DNA of 64,000 nt from Thermoanaerobaculia bacterium (GCA_963664405.1 OY761158.1:4800001-4864000); one strand, 5' to 3'; numbered from the stretch's first letter, positions 1 to 10,431 are shown. Numbers and translations are program-made. Notes: generated by a model from the letters alone, not told the origin.

Positions 1-1281
1 GACGCTTCGAAGACGGGCACGATCGCCCCCTTCAGCTTCTTCGACAGTCCCGACCCCGAGGATCTGTGGCGCTTCCTCGAGCGCTACAAAGAATCGACGG
101 GTGGAGACGTACTCGCCATTCCCCACAACGCCAATCTGTCGAAAGGCCAGATGTTTGCTCCCAACACCTTCGACGGCAGCCCGCTGAGCGCCGCCTACGC
201 CGAGACCCGCAGTCGCTGGGAGCCGCTCTACGAGGTCACTCAGATCAAAGGCGACAGCGAGACCCACCCCGTCCTGTCGCCGACAGACGAGTTCGCGGAC
301 TTCGAAACCTGGAATAGCTGGGCCGGAGAGATGGAGAACCCCATCGAGCACCCTTGCTGCCAGGACTTTGACGCCGCGTCCGAGGGCGAGCTGAAGAAGG
401 CGGAGTACGCGCGCTCGGCCCTGAAAAGGGGGCTAGAGGTACAGGCCGAGCTCGGCATCAACCCCTTCAAGTTCGGGATGATCGGCTCGACCGACGCGCA
501 CACCTCGCTGGCCACCGCGGATAACGACAACTTCTGGGGCAAGTTCTCCATTAACTTCCCCTCTCCCGAACGCATGTTCGACCTCGTTGTCGCGCGCTGG
601 CCGGCACCGCTGAACTGGGAGGGCGGCGCCGCCGGCTACGCCGCGGTCTGGGCGCACGAGAACACCCGAGCCGCGATCTTCGAGGCGATGAAGCGAAAGG
701 AAGTCTACGCGACCAGCGGCCCCAGGATCACGGTGCGCTTTTTCGGCGGCTGGAGCTACGGGCCTGACGACGTGCATCGCTCGGACTTCGCCGACATCGG
801 CTACGCCAAGGGTGTGCCGATGGGTGGCGACCTCAGCGCGCCGCCGCCGGACCGTTCCCCGAGCTTCTTGATTCGAGCGCTGCGGGATCCGGACGGGGCC
901 AACCTGGATCGTGTCCAGGTCGTCAAGGGCTGGCGGGATCGCCGCGGCGAGCTCCACGAGAAGGTCTACGACGTCGCGCTCTCCGATGGTCGTCGGTTGG
1001 ACGCCGACGGCAAGGCCGAGCCACTGGTATCGACCGTGAACGTCAAGGACGCTTCCTACACCAACACCATCGGCGACGCCGAGCTCGCCGTGACCTGGAG
1101 AGACGAAGACTTCAATCCAGACGAGCTCGCCTTCTACTACGTGCGCGTCTTAGAGATCCCCACGCCGCGATGGACCGCCTACGATGCCAAGTTCTTCGGC
1201 ATCGAGAACATTCCCCAAGAAGTGCGGAGGGTCACCCAGGAGAGGGTCTATACCTCGCCGATCTGGTACACGCCTCGCTAA
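1..1281 (+). CDS. DUF3604 family protein (PHP-like metallohydrolase), 5'-partial
   Basis: Frame is open from base 1 (DASKTGTIAPFS...AIPHNANLSKG). Motifs YEVTQIKGDSETHP, FGMIGSTDAH, EVYATSGPRI, FYYVRVLEIPTPRW, QERVYTSPIWY. Paralogue of 6595-8421. Confidence 0.85.
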   Translation, partial: DASKTGTIAPFSFFDSPDPEDLWRFLERYKESTGGDVLAIPHNANLSKGQMFAPNTFDGSPLSAAYAETRSRWEPLYEVTQIKGDSETHPVLSPTDEFADFETWNSWAGEMENPIEHPCCQDFDAASEGELKKAEYARSALKRGLEVQAELGINPFKFGMIGSTDAHTSLATADNDNFWGKFSINFPSPERMFDLVVARWPAPLNWEGGAAGYAAVWAHENTRAAIFEAMKRKEVYATSGPRITVRFFGGWSYGPDDVHRSDFADIGYAKGVPMGGDLSAPPPDRSPSFLIRALRDPDGANLDRVQVVKGWRDRRGELHEKVYDVALSDGRRLDADGKAEPLVSTVNVKDASYTNTIGDAELAVTWRDEDFNPDELAFYYVRVLEIPTPRWTAYDAKFFGIENIPQEVRRVTQERVYTSPIWYTPR

Positions 1282-1405
1282 GAGGCCTGGTTGGACCCTG
1301 AAGCTAGGTGCCACCCGAATATTTGACAGCAAAGGATGGCGTTTGACAGAAGATCCCTTCAGACTAAAATTGTCAGAAGGTCCCTCATCCCCTGGAGGTG
1401 TTCTG

Positions 1406-3337
1406 ATGGTTCGGGCACGCAATTCTCGGTCGTCGAAGGTCCCGGCCGGATGGGTTGTCATGCCCGCAGGTCTGACGCTGTGTGTGGCGGTTGCGTTCGC
1501 GCAGGACCGTGCTCCAGCGGAAAATCCACATGCAGCGGCCCTGGCGCCGGCCGAGTGGGTCGACGATCTAACGCCAATCACCGCATCCCATTGGAACTAT
1601 GACCGCGCGGCTCACCTTCTGGAGCGGGCCGGATTCAGCGGCCCACCCGAAGAGATCGAGCGGCTCGCTGCGATGACACCTGAGCAGGCCGTCGATTATC
1701 TCGTCGACTACGAATCGATCGAGCCTGAAACCACGCCCTTCGATCCTTCGCAGGCCTGGGGTGAGGAGATGTACGCCGACGTCGACCGTCACTTGACCTT
1801 CTTTGGGGCGATCGACAGAGCGTACGAGGTTGGCGAGGCCTACGGCAAGAAACCGGCCGAGTCGGGGGAGCGACGCTACCAGGACATAGCGATCACGGCC
1901 GCCTTCAAGATTCTAAGCAGCGCTAGGGAGTGGCAGCGCGTGGCACTGTGGTGGGCCAATCGGATGCTCACTACGACTCGACCGCTGGAAGAGAAAATGA
2001 CGCTCTTCTGGCATGGCCATTTCGCCAACGAGGAGCAGAAGATCAGGGACTACCGGCTGATGTTCTACCAGAACCAGACGTTTCGCCGCCGGGCGACCGG
2101 GAATTTTCGCGACATGCTGGTGGCCATATCTCAAGACCCAGCCATGCTCGTCTATCTGGACAACCGGAAAAACGTCAAAGGACACGCCAACGAAAACTAC
2201 GCGCGTGAAATTCTGGAGCTATTCGCCCTGGGAGTGGGCAACTACACCGAAGACGACATCAAGGAAGTGGGACGGGCGTTTACGGGTTGGAGGAACGAAG
2301 GGCTGCGATTTATCAACGATCCAACCCTGCACGACGAAGACAACAAGACGATCTTCGGCAAGACGGGCAACTTCGACGGATATGACGCGATCGACCTCAT
2401 TCTCGAACAGAAAGTGTGTGCGGAATGGGTGGCCGGGAAATTCCATCGTTTCTTTGTCCGGGAAGAGATCTCACCCGCGCTGAAGGCGGAGTTGGCCTCG
2501 ACTTTTCGCGACAGCAACTACGAGATCAAGCCACTGCTCAAGGCAATCTTCCTCAGCCGCGACTTTTACAGCCAAGCGTCCGTTGGAACCCAGATTAAGG
2601 GCCCGGTTCACTATTACGTCTCGGCCGGCCGCAGGCTGGGACTCGATCAACTCCCGGGGACTCCCCGATTCGCCCCCTCGATGACCGGGTTGGGCCAGGT
2701 CCTGGGAAATCCGCCCAACGTCAAAGGATGGGACGGCGGACGCGCATGGATTAATCCGTCAACCTTGGTACAACGAGCCAATCTGATGCGGCAACTCCTC
2801 GATACCAGAGACGACGACGCGCCCAGCCCCGCCCACTCAGACGACGCGTCCGATCGATTCGGCGGAAGATCCATGATGACGGAGAGTGAAGAACGTGAAT
2901 CGAATCGATTCAAATCCCTAATCCCCAAAGACGAGGATAGCGAAACAAGCCAGCCTGACGGAGATAGTGAGATGAAGGGGGCGCCGTCCATGAAACAGCT
3001 CACTGAGAGGGGGGACTACGCCATAGCTCGCGCCTACGCTACTGCGTATGAGCTCAGCTACTCGCGGATCAAGCCGATTCCGGCCACGCCTGCCGAGCTA
3101 AACATAACTGAGATGGCGAAGTCTGCAGGCGTCGAAACGGCCGAGGACGCAGTCGACTATTTCATCCATCGTTTCTTGCGTGTCGAACTGGGCGAATCCG
3201 ACCGCCAGTTGACGATCTCGTATATGAAACACCTCTTAGGTGGAGAGAAGATCGATTACGAGTCGCCTGAAGCAGAGGATAACTTGCGGGAAGTGCTTCA
3301 CTCGATCATGAGCACTGTCGAATTTCAACTGGGCTGA
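1406..3337 (+). CDS. DUF1800 family protein
   Basis: AAHLLERAGF, LEEKMTLFWHGHFA, DPAMLVYLDN, NENYAREILELFALG, PPNVKGW, C-terminal EFQL. Start placed at ATG 1406, downstream of a GGAGGT RBS. Confidence 0.88.
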   Translation: MVRARNSRSSKVPAGWVVMPAGLTLCVAVAFAQDRAPAENPHAAALAPAEWVDDLTPITASHWNYDRAAHLLERAGFSGPPEEIERLAAMTPEQAVDYLVDYESIEPETTPFDPSQAWGEEMYADVDRHLTFFGAIDRAYEVGEAYGKKPAESGERRYQDIAITAAFKILSSAREWQRVALWWANRMLTTTRPLEEKMTLFWHGHFANEEQKIRDYRLMFYQNQTFRRRATGNFRDMLVAISQDPAMLVYLDNRKNVKGHANENYAREILELFALGVGNYTEDDIKEVGRAFTGWRNEGLRFINDPTLHDEDNKTIFGKTGNFDGYDAIDLILEQKVCAEWVAGKFHRFFVREEISPALKAELASTFRDSNYEIKPLLKAIFLSRDFYSQASVGTQIKGPVHYYVSAGRRLGLDQLPGTPRFAPSMTGLGQVLGNPPNVKGWDGGRAWINPSTLVQRANLMRQLLDTRDDDAPSPAHSDDASDRFGGRSMMTESEERESNRFKSLIPKDEDSETSQPDGDSEMKGAPSMKQLTERGDYAIARAYATAYELSYSRIKPIPATPAELNITEMAKSAGVETAEDAVDYFIHRFLRVELGESDRQLTISYMKHLLGGEKIDYESPEAEDNLREVLHSIMSTVEFQLG

Positions 3338-3351
3338 GAAAGAAGTCACCG

Positions 3352-4611
3352 ATGTCGAAACATCAAGATTGTTGTCCTCCCAGATCTCGGCGTGGCTTCA
3401 TGAAGTCCGCGGCCGCAGCTCTGGGAGCCGGCGCCGCTCTGCCGTTGTTCCTGCGGGAGACAGACATGGCCTTCGCCGCCAATGCATTGGCGGGGGTCGA
3501 ACACGATCATCCAGAGCGGATTCTCGTCGTTCTCGAGTTGACCGGCGGCAACGACGGGCTCAACACCGTCGTTCCGTACACCAACGACGAGTACTATCGT
3601 CTGAGGCCGACGCTTGGGATCAAGAAGGACAAAGTGCTCCGGCTCAACGACGAGCTCGGGTTTCACCCCAGTCTGGCCGGGTGGGAGCGCCTGTTCAAAG
3701 ACGGACAAATGGCGATTGTGAACGGTTGCGGCTATCCCAACCCCACTCGCTCGCACTTCGAGTCAATGAGGTTTTGGCACACGGCTGTGCCCAACGCCCC
3801 AGAGCAATACGGCTGGGTCGGACGCCTCGCCGACGCCCGCTACCCCCAGGCCGACGGCAACTACATCGTGAATCTCGCCTCGATCCAATCGCCGGCCGTC
3901 GTCAGCGCGAAGCATTCGCCGATCGTCTTCGACGACCCTGATCGTTTCCGCCGTGAGGGATCCACCGAACAGGCCGAGCTGTTTCGCGAATTCGCCGCAC
4001 AGAGGGAGCCGAGCGGCAACCCAGCGATGGACTTCGTGCGATCCATTGCGTCGACCGCTCAAGAGAGCTCGGGCTTCATCCGTCAAGCCTGCGCCGAGTT
4101 CCGCAGCAAGGCAGACTATGGGTACGGCGCCATCGGCCCCGTGTTGCAACGAATTGTCGCCCAGATCGACGCGGATTCACCGGCGCGAATCTATTACACG
4201 AGCTTCGGCAGCTTCGATCACCACGCCGGCCAAGCTAACGCGCACCGCACCCTCTTCGACCAAATCGGTGATGCGCTCCTCGGGTTCCAGAACGATCTGG
4301 AGGCTGTCGGCCGAGCCGAGCAAGTGGCGGTCGTGATGTTCTCCGAATTCGGCCGGCGGGTGAAGGAGAACTTGAGCCTCGGAACAGACCACGGGGTCGC
4401 CGGGCCGATGTTCGTGGTCGGCAATCAGGTCAAAGGCGGCTTTTACGGTGAGCTTCCCAGCTTGACGGACCTCGACGAGGGTGACCTGAAGATGACGACG
4501 GACTTCCGCCACGTCTACGCCACGATGATCAAGGAGTGGTTGGGCGTTGACGACGCCAAGTCCGTTCTCAAGGCCGACTTCCCGACTTTGAGAATGTTCG
4601 AATCCGCCTAA
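3352..4611 (+). CDS. DUF1501 family protein with Tat signal
   Basis: SRRGFMK twin-arginine motif, [33 protein letters not shown]. Usual partner of DUF1800. Confidence 0.9.
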   Translation: MSKHQDCCPPRSRRGFMKSAAAALGAGAALPLFLRETDMAFAANALAGVEHDHPERILVVLELTGGNDGLNTVVPYTNDEYYRLRPTLGIKKDKVLRLNDELGFHPSLAGWERLFKDGQMAIVNGCGYPNPTRSHFESMRFWHTAVPNAPEQYGWVGRLADARYPQADGNYIVNLASIQSPAVVSAKHSPIVFDDPDRFRREGSTEQAELFREFAAQREPSGNPAMDFVRSIASTAQESSGFIRQACAEFRSKADYGYGAIGPVLQRIVAQIDADSPARIYYTSFGSFDHHAGQANAHRTLFDQIGDALLGFQNDLEAVGRAEQVAVVMFSEFGRRVKENLSLGTDHGVAGPMFVVGNQVKGGFYGELPSLTDLDEGDLKMTTDFRHVYATMIKEWLGVDDAKSVLKADFPTLRMFESA

Positions 4612-4625
4612 ACCCCGCAACCCGG

Positions 4626-4960
4626 GGATGCTTGCGCTGCAGGTCGCGCAGGAGATCGATGATCTGCGCCTGCACCGAGACGTCGAGCGCCGACGTCGGC
4701 TCGTCCAGGAAGATGATCTCCGGGCGAAAGATGATGGCCCTCGCGATGGCGATTCGCTGACGCTGGCCGCCGGAGAACTCGTGCGGGTAACGATCCTGGG
4801 CATCGGCATCGAGCCCAACCTCCTGCAAGGTTTCTCGGACAAGCTTGCGGCGCGCATCCGCCGAAATCGCGCTTCGGTGGATCTTCAAACCCGCCTCGAC
4901 GATCTGATTCACCGACAGCCTCGGCGGCAGGCTGCCGTACGGATCCTGGAAGACGATCTG
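4626..4960 (-). pseudogene. Internal fragment of a peptide ABC transporter ATP-binding protein (YejF/DppF-like)
   Basis: [11 protein letters not shown]...[19 protein letters not shown]...[16 protein letters not shown]. No Walker A, no start codon, no H-loop. Confidence 0.8.
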
Positions 4961-4968
4961 CTCCTTAC

Positions 4969-5304
4969 TTACTTTGCTCCCTTTGCCGCGAGCGAGTGCG
5001 GCCTCGGCACCACATTGTCACTGCTCGTCTGTCGTTTCCGCGGCATCCTGAGCTTCACGTCTAGCGAGCCACCCAGCGCCTCGGAAATCTTTACCATGGT
5101 TCCGAGGGTGGGGTTGGCGTTCGTATCGAGGAGCTGCCCAACCCAGGCCCGGGAGCATCCGAGTCGACGTGCGAGCTCGGCTTGAGTAATCCCCTGCGCC
5201 GTCATTGCGTCGTGTACACGGGTAACGAACTCAAGTTTCGCCCCCTCGACCTTGTAGTCGATGCTCTCTCGCATTTCGCGGAGCATCTCCTGGTAATTTG
5301 TCAT
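4969..5304 (-). CDS. XRE/HTH_3 transcriptional regulator (probable antitoxin)
   Basis: [50 protein letters not shown] before ATG 5304. Confidence 0.8.
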   Translation of the reverse strand: MTNYQEMLREMRESIDYKVEGAKLEFVTRVHDAMTAQGITQAELARRLGCSRAWVGQLLDTNANPTLGTMVKISEALGGSLDVKLRMPRKRQTSSDNVVPRPHSLAAKGAK

Positions 5305-5312
5305 CGTTCTCC

Positions 5313-5605
5313 TTACCTCCATTCCGCCTCTTCCGAGACTCCAACTTCTTCAATCTCTGACGCTCTCTCCCTTAGGTATCTTTCGCGCACCTTCTGAGCC
5401 TTCTCGATCTCGTTCGGCGGTGTCTTGACTCTCGCTCGGCTATCAGATTCGCGGGTCCTACCGTCGTCGCCTTCTCCATCAGCCGCAACATCTTCTCGCC
5501 CAGCGGGCTGGTACTGATCGCTTCCAGCGTGGGACAACGACCTTGGCCGTCGCATACCGCAATCACTCTCCAGATGCGCCCAATCGCTATCGTTTCGGTT
5601 TTCAA
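5313..5605 (-). pseudogene. RelE/Gp49-like toxin, internally deleted and frameshifted
   Basis: N-part MKTETIAIG...[11 protein letters not shown] in one frame; typical C-terminal [17 protein letters not shown] in another, junction near 5430. The central strands appear to be missing. Lies directly upstream of the XRE gene. Confidence 0.55.
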
Positions 5606-5629
5606 GGTGCCCTCGACCCTCTCTCCTTG

Positions 5630-5681
5630 GTCAAGGATAATCTTGACACCAGGGAGAGACTACGTCAAGGCAAAACTTGAC
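5630..5681. promoter_or_regulatory. Two GTCAAG-N6-CTTGAC palindromic operators
   Basis: gtcaaggataatcttgac (5630-5647) and gtcaaggcaaaacttgac (5664-5681), just upstream of the toxin-XRE operon and overlapping a TTGACG -35-like hexamer on the minus strand. Confidence 0.6.
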
Positions 5682-5705
5682 CATTGGAATGCGACTAGGG
5701 CCTGC

Positions 5706-6064
5706 CTCGCCGAGGGTCTCGAGGCGGCGCATGAGAAAGGTGTGGTGCATCGCGACCTGAAGCCAGCGAACATCAAGCTCGGTCCGGACGCCTCGGCGGT
5801 GAAGATCCTGGACTTCGGTCTGGCCAAGGCGATGGCCCCGGAGATGGAGCTCTCCCGGTCTTCTCCGTGGGCGCTCCCGAAGTGCTCTTCGACATGTCGC
5901 CATACTCGCAGGCCGTTGGGTGGAGCTATGCTCCGGCGCCGGACGGGCCACGCTTCATGCTGATGAAGCCGGCGGCGCCGAGCGGCCCTGGCGTAGCGCA
6001 GTCGGAGATCGTGATCGTGCAGAATTGGTTCGAGGAGCTCGAACGGCTCGTGCCGACCGATTAA
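5706..6064 (+). pseudogene. Ser/Thr protein kinase relic (catalytic loop fused to extreme C-terminus)
   Basis: [24 protein letters not shown]...[10 protein letters not shown] joined out of frame near 5850 to the IVIVQNWFEELERLVP tail typical of kinase/beta-propeller proteins. Confidence 0.75.
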
Positions 6065-6065
6065 G

Positions 6066-6200
6066 GCCGGGAACCGATTGGAGGCGTTGAAGGGGAACCG
6101 CAAAGGTCAGCACAGCATTCGGATCAACTCACAGTGGCGCATCTGTTTTCGATGGGTGCGCAGCGATGCACATAACGTCGAGATCGTTGACTACCACTGA
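6066..6200 (+). pseudogene. higB: HigB toxin, C-terminal half only
   Basis: Manual translation AGNRLEALKGNRKGQHSIRINSQWRICFRWVRSDAHNVEIVDYH*. No start codon; abuts the kinase stop. Confidence 0.85.
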
Positions 6201-6207
6201 GGTAAAC

Positions 6208-6513
6208 ATGCCAAGGCAGCAGAAACTGGACCCGATTCATCCTGGAGAGTTCCTGCTAGAGGAGTTCATGAGGCCGATGGGTATCACGACCAATCGGTTG
6301 GCCAGGCACCTGGGTGTTCCGCCGGGGCGGATCAGCGCCATCACCAACGCCAAGCGCTCGATCAGCGCCGACACTGCGCTCAGACTGGGCAAGTATTTCG
6401 GCGTCTCTGCAGAGGTCTGGACAGGTCTGCAGGCTGACTTCGATCTGAGAGTCGCGCGACGCGAGGTCGGCGAGGAGATCGAAGAGCGCGTTCACGAACA
6501 CCAAGTTGCTTGA
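6208..6513 (+). CDS. higA: HigA family antitoxin
   Basis: PIHPGEFLLEEFMRPMGIT...ISADTALRLGKYFGVSAEVWTGLQADFDL. Confidence 0.9.
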   Translation: MPRQQKLDPIHPGEFLLEEFMRPMGITTNRLARHLGVPPGRISAITNAKRSISADTALRLGKYFGVSAEVWTGLQADFDLRVARREVGEEIEERVHEHQVA

Positions 6514-6526
6514 GGGCTGCTACTGA

Positions 6527-6565
6527 GCCCCAGGTAGCCTCCGGCACCCGAAGGCTACCTGGGGC
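6527..6565. terminator. Strong hairpin between convergent genes
   Basis: gccccaggtagcct (6527-6540) pairs perfectly with aggctacctggggc (6552-6565). No U-tract. Confidence 0.55.
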
Positions 6566-6594
6566 CGCGGCGGCCACCCCGACCCGCGTGAGCC

Positions 6595-8421
6595 TTATCG
6601 CGGTATCAACCAGATCGGCGACGACCAGGCGCGCTCTTGATGCGTGCTCGCAAGACCGGGTCGAGGCGGCGTGCCTGCGCGCACGGCCTCCCAGGTCGAC
6701 CAGCGGCAGGTCGGATTCTCGAGCGCGCGTACGTAATAGAAAGCACGTTGACTGCGGTCGAAGTCTGGATCCGTCCAGAGTGTTTTGAGCTGCGCCGCGC
6801 CGAGGTCGGCGCTGACGCTGCAGTCTGCAAGATCCACCTCAGCGCCGTTCTCAGGGCAGCGATGGGTCTTGGGGTCGACCTCGAGACCGTCCGAGCAGGC
6901 CACGTCGTAGACCCGCTCCTGCGGCCGGCCGTCTTCGATCCAGCCCTTGATCACCTGCAGACGCTGGAGTTTCGCGGCCTCGGGGTCCTGCATCGCCCAC
7001 ACCAGGAACTGGGGTGCGCCGCGGCGCCGGGCAGGGAGGTCGGCGCCCATCGGCACACCGTGCTGGTAGGCTTTTGCCATCAGATCCTTGTCTTCGAGCG
7101 CATCGCCCTTGAAGTCGTAGCTGCCGAAGAAGCGCACCCGGATGCGCGGTCCGCTGGTGGCGAAGGTCTCCTTGCGGCGGAACGCGTCGTAGATCGCTTC
7201 GCGAGTGTTCTCGTCGGCCCAGACGCCCGCGAGGCCCGAGGCGCCCCAGGTCGGCAACCTGGCAGCCCTTCCCGTGGTCTGTGAAACGTCGCCCCAGGTC
7301 TTGGCACCCCCCGGGGGCACCGAGCCGCGCCGCTCCGGCGTCGCATCTTTGAGCCCGAGCTTGCTGAAGAACTTCGACTCTTCGTACGCCCCGCCCCCAT
7401 TATGGCCGTCGGTCGAGCCGATCATCCCGAACCGGTAGGGGTTGAAGCCCTCGTTCTCCTCGAGCTCGAGCCCGGTCAGGTAGGCGTCGCGCACATAGCT
7501 GCCACGAACGTACTCGGGCTTCCTGTTGGCGGGGGGGAGATACTCGATCCCGAAGTCGGCCCACTCGTCGTTGGTGGAGAGCAGGGGGTGTGTCTCCGAA
7601 GTGCCCTTGATCTGCGTGACCTCGACCAGTGGCTCATTGCGCATCCGCACCCGGGCGTAGGCCGCGTCGAAGGGCTCGCCCGAATTCTTCTGGCGCGCGA
7701 ACTTATGGCCGGCGCTTTGGTTCGAGTTGTGGGGAATCGCTAGCGCTTCGATGCCCTCTGCGCGCAAGCCCTCGAGCCAGTCCCACAGATCCTCGGGGTT
7801 CGGCGAGTCGAGTCGAGAGAAGGGTACCTCCGGCGCTTTCGCACTGCGGAAAATGACATTGCGGTGTTGATTGCCCCCATCGGTCTCCGATGACGTGTAT
7901 TCGTAGGCGACGAAGGTGGTGAGCTTGCCCGGCTCGTAGTTTCGCTCCGCCGACGCGATGATCTCCCGCCAAGCCGAGCGTGTGGCCTCCGGGTCGGGGT
8001 GGGCGGCAAGGAACTGTATGCCTTTGGTCGTCGAGGCGTCGTCATAGATCAGATTCGTCGGATCGAAGAAGCGGCGGCCGTCGGGATGGTTCGCCAGCGG
8101 ATGATCAGGATCCATCATCGCCCACCACCGGCCGAGATAGAAGCCGTGGTCGGTGACCGCGTAGAAATCGAGCGGACGATCGAGCTGGATATCGAAGCCG
8201 GCGGGATGTTGGATCGCCTCCCCGCGGGCATACCGGTAAGCGTCGTCGGGTGTCGAGCGGGTGCCGAAGGTGAACGCGTCCAAGGAAAAGGCGGTATGGA
8301 TGTGCAGATCACCGAAGTAGGCTTGGCGGTGCTCCGCGGCTTGTGCGCTCTGCGAAAAAGCCGCGAGGTACGCGACGAGCAGAATACTGATTCTCGGCGA
8401 CATCGTCTTCTTCTCCTTCAC
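6595..8421 (-). CDS. DUF3604 family secreted protein
   Basis: Signal peptide, YFGDLHIHT, PLDFYAVTDH, HRNVIFR, AIPHNSN, EVTQIKGTSETHP, ERAWSSPIW. Confidence 0.9.
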   Translation of the reverse strand: MKEKKTMSPRISILLVAYLAAFSQSAQAAEHRQAYFGDLHIHTAFSLDAFTFGTRSTPDDAYRYARGEAIQHPAGFDIQLDRPLDFYAVTDHGFYLGRWWAMMDPDHPLANHPDGRRFFDPTNLIYDDASTTKGIQFLAAHPDPEATRSAWREIIASAERNYEPGKLTTFVAYEYTSSETDGGNQHRNVIFRSAKAPEVPFSRLDSPNPEDLWDWLEGLRAEGIEALAIPHNSNQSAGHKFARQKNSGEPFDAAYARVRMRNEPLVEVTQIKGTSETHPLLSTNDEWADFGIEYLPPANRKPEYVRGSYVRDAYLTGLELEENEGFNPYRFGMIGSTDGHNGGGAYEESKFFSKLGLKDATPERRGSVPPGGAKTWGDVSQTTGRAARLPTWGASGLAGVWADENTREAIYDAFRRKETFATSGPRIRVRFFGSYDFKGDALEDKDLMAKAYQHGVPMGADLPARRRGAPQFLVWAMQDPEAAKLQRLQVIKGWIEDGRPQERVYDVACSDGLEVDPKTHRCPENGAEVDLADCSVSADLGAAQLKTLWTDPDFDRSQRAFYYVRALENPTCRWSTWEAVRAGTPPRPGLASTHQERAWSSPIWLIPR

Positions 8422-8498
8422 CTAGGACGGGAGCTCAAGGGTAGTGCAATAGCGTGCGAAATGGCTACCGCCCTTTGGTCACCTCTGGCAGCCGCCCC

Positions 8499-8807
8499 TC
8501 AGCGGCTTTCAAGCGAGAACACTTCGACCTGCCGTTCGAGTTCGGTGCCCAGGCGATCGCGCTCGACCTCCAGATCGTAGCGCGACTGAAGGTTGAGCCA
8601 GAGCGCTTCCGAGGTGCCGAAGAACCGTGCCAGGCGGAGAGCTGTGTCTGCAGAGATGCGCCGCTTGCCGTGCACGATCTCGTTGATCCGACGAGGAGAG
8701 ACGCTCAGGCCCTTCGCGAGCCGATATTGGCTCAGGCCCATTGGTTTGAGAAATTCTTCGAGCAGCACTTCACCAGGATGAATGGGTTCGAAGATCTTCT
8801 TGTCCAT
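8499..8807 (-). CDS. higA: Orphan HigA family antitoxin
   Basis: PIHPGEVLLEEFLKPMGLSQYRLAKGLSVSPRRINEIVHGKRRISADTALRLARFFGTS. No higB upstream. Confidence 0.9.
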   Translation of the reverse strand: MDKKIFEPIHPGEVLLEEFLKPMGLSQYRLAKGLSVSPRRINEIVHGKRRISADTALRLARFFGTSEALWLNLQSRYDLEVERDRLGTELERQVEVFSLESR

Positions 8808-8840
8808 GTCGTTGAGATCTTCCAGAGATCCTCTGCACCG

Positions 8841-8871
8841 TAACGTGGCGCGTTATTAACGTCAAGCGTTA
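8841..8871 (-). promoter_or_regulatory. Tandem TAACG-N5-CGTTA operators overlapping a sigma70-like promoter
   Basis: taacgtggcgcgtta (8841-8855) and taacgtcaagcgtta (8857-8871). Minus strand reads TTGACG-17nt-TACGGT. Confidence 0.65.
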
Positions 8872-9034
8872 AGGCCCTGTCTCGGCGTCTACCGGAGCTT
8901 GCCACTTCCGCTCAACTACCTAGCCATTAAGGGACGTGATCGGACGTGAGGACCTTGCTGGAGCGCTCAGCTACCCATCGACACTCGAACTGCTAGATGC
9001 CGAAGGCGGCCTCGTTTCTTCGCTCCTACGCGTC

Positions 9035-10066
9035 TCAGAACCTCCCTTCGCGCACCTGGTCCTTCGCCCGCTCAGGACTCAGGTGAACGACCTTGCCAGG
9101 CGACACGCTCTCATTCTCGGGTAGCGGCACATCGCCCTTCTCCTTCCCCTTCTCGACCACGCTTTTGAGCCCCCGAAGCCGCTTCGATCCTTCGATGGCT
9201 TCGCCTTCCGAGTAGTACTCAAACCAAGGGAGCCCGGCTTCGTTGTAGGTGTTGGAGGTCGGTGGCACAGTCGGCGGCGCGACACCCGTGATCGACTGCC
9301 ACACCATCGAGTTGGCGATGTGCGTAAAGCAGCGCCCGCCCGCTTCGGTATCCCAATCCTCGAGCTCGAAGGGATCGTCGTAGATCTCCTGACGCATGCG
9401 CCCGCCCGGGGCGAGTGCCATGCTCGGGGAAGCTTCCGGCGATAGGCAGTAGTCGTTCTCGACGCTGCCAAAGACGTTCATCCTGGCCCTTTCGCGGCTC
9501 ACCGGAAAACGCCGATCGAACACGTCTCGCTTCATCGGATAGGCGAGGATCTGAATGCCCCCGTATTCGGCCTCGTCGGTGAGTTGTTCCTCGGCCGAGT
9601 AGCCGGCCCCAAGAGGCATCGCCACGAATTGCCGGATCACGCCCTTCTCGACGCAGAAGCCGTCGAGCCAAGGTTGCTCGGGAGCCACCATGTAGTCCTG
9701 GGGTTTGCCGTGCAGCCGCTCCGACCAGCGCTCGCCGCTGACCGCGTCGATCTTGCCTGCCGCGATCTTGATAGCGAAAGGGTAGTTCCCCTGGCGCGAG
9801 ACGAAGGCCGTATCGAAATTGAGCCACATCGCCTCCGACTGGTACATCGGCAGCATGACGCCTCCGTGCTCGAGCCACTCTCCCGGCACGCTGTCACCGA
9901 AGTCGTCGACATGACGGATGGGGAAGCGCCCCAGACCTGGTGGCAGTGGGTAATCATCGCCGTCGTCGGGGATGCGCAGCGTGCGCTGAAAGTCGATCGA
10001 CAATCGAGCCTGCGGGTGGACCTCCGGGAACGTGAAAACGAGTGAGTCGCCCTTGAGTTGGATCAT
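9035..10066 (-). CDS. Conserved hypothetical protein
   Basis: Long ORF with AGGAAAAGG RBS. Conserved-looking motifs FQRTLRIPDDG..YPLPPGLG, LPMYQSEAMW, QPWLDGF, QFVAMPLG, GGRMRQEIY, GLPWFEYY. Function not assignable. Confidence 0.75.
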   Translation of the reverse strand: MIQLKGDSLVFTFPEVHPQARLSIDFQRTLRIPDDGDDYPLPPGLGRFPIRHVDDFGDSVPGEWLEHGGVMLPMYQSEAMWLNFDTAFVSRQGNYPFAIKIAAGKIDAVSGERWSERLHGKPQDYMVAPEQPWLDGFCVEKGVIRQFVAMPLGAGYSAEEQLTDEAEYGGIQILAYPMKRDVFDRRFPVSRERARMNVFGSVENDYCLSPEASPSMALAPGGRMRQEIYDDPFELEDWDTEAGGRCFTHIANSMVWQSITGVAPPTVPPTSNTYNEAGLPWFEYYSEGEAIEGSKRLRGLKSVVEKGKEKGDVPLPENESVSPGKVVHLSPERAKDQVREGRF

Positions 10067-10077
10067 CCTTTTCCTCC

Positions 10078-10431
10078 TTACCATTTGCCGTCGCGGACCT
10101 CGCGCACGATCCGCAGCACTGCGTGATCGGGCTGGTCCTTGAGCTCACGAATAAGCTGCCCGAAGAGTTGCGGCCGTCGACAGATCAGCTCCTGCAGATC
10201 GCTCGACACCTTGCCCGCCATCGCCAAGAGCACATCGGGATCTTCATCGAGCTCGCGAGCAAGTGCCACGATCTTCTTTTCAGAAGGCGGTGCCTCTTGG
10301 CCCCGCTCTACTTTGCTCAGGTACGAGGGCTCGACCTCGATCCGCGCCGCTACCTTTCGCAGTGAGAAAGATCGGTCTTCGTTTCGAAGTGCTTCTCGCC
10401 GTTCGCGTATGTAATTACCGAATCTCTTCAT
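10078..10431 (-). CDS. XRE family HTH regulator
   Basis: FSLRKVAARIEVEPSYLSKVERGQEAPPSEKKIVALARELDEDPDVLLAMAGKV. Palindrome tgtagt-N4-actaca at 10437-10452 directly upstream. Confidence 0.85.
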   Translation of the reverse strand: MKRFGNYIRERREALRNEDRSFSLRKVAARIEVEPSYLSKVERGQEAPPSEKKIVALARELDEDPDVLLAMAGKVSSDLQELICRRPQLFGQLIRELKDQPDHAVLRIVREVRDGKW

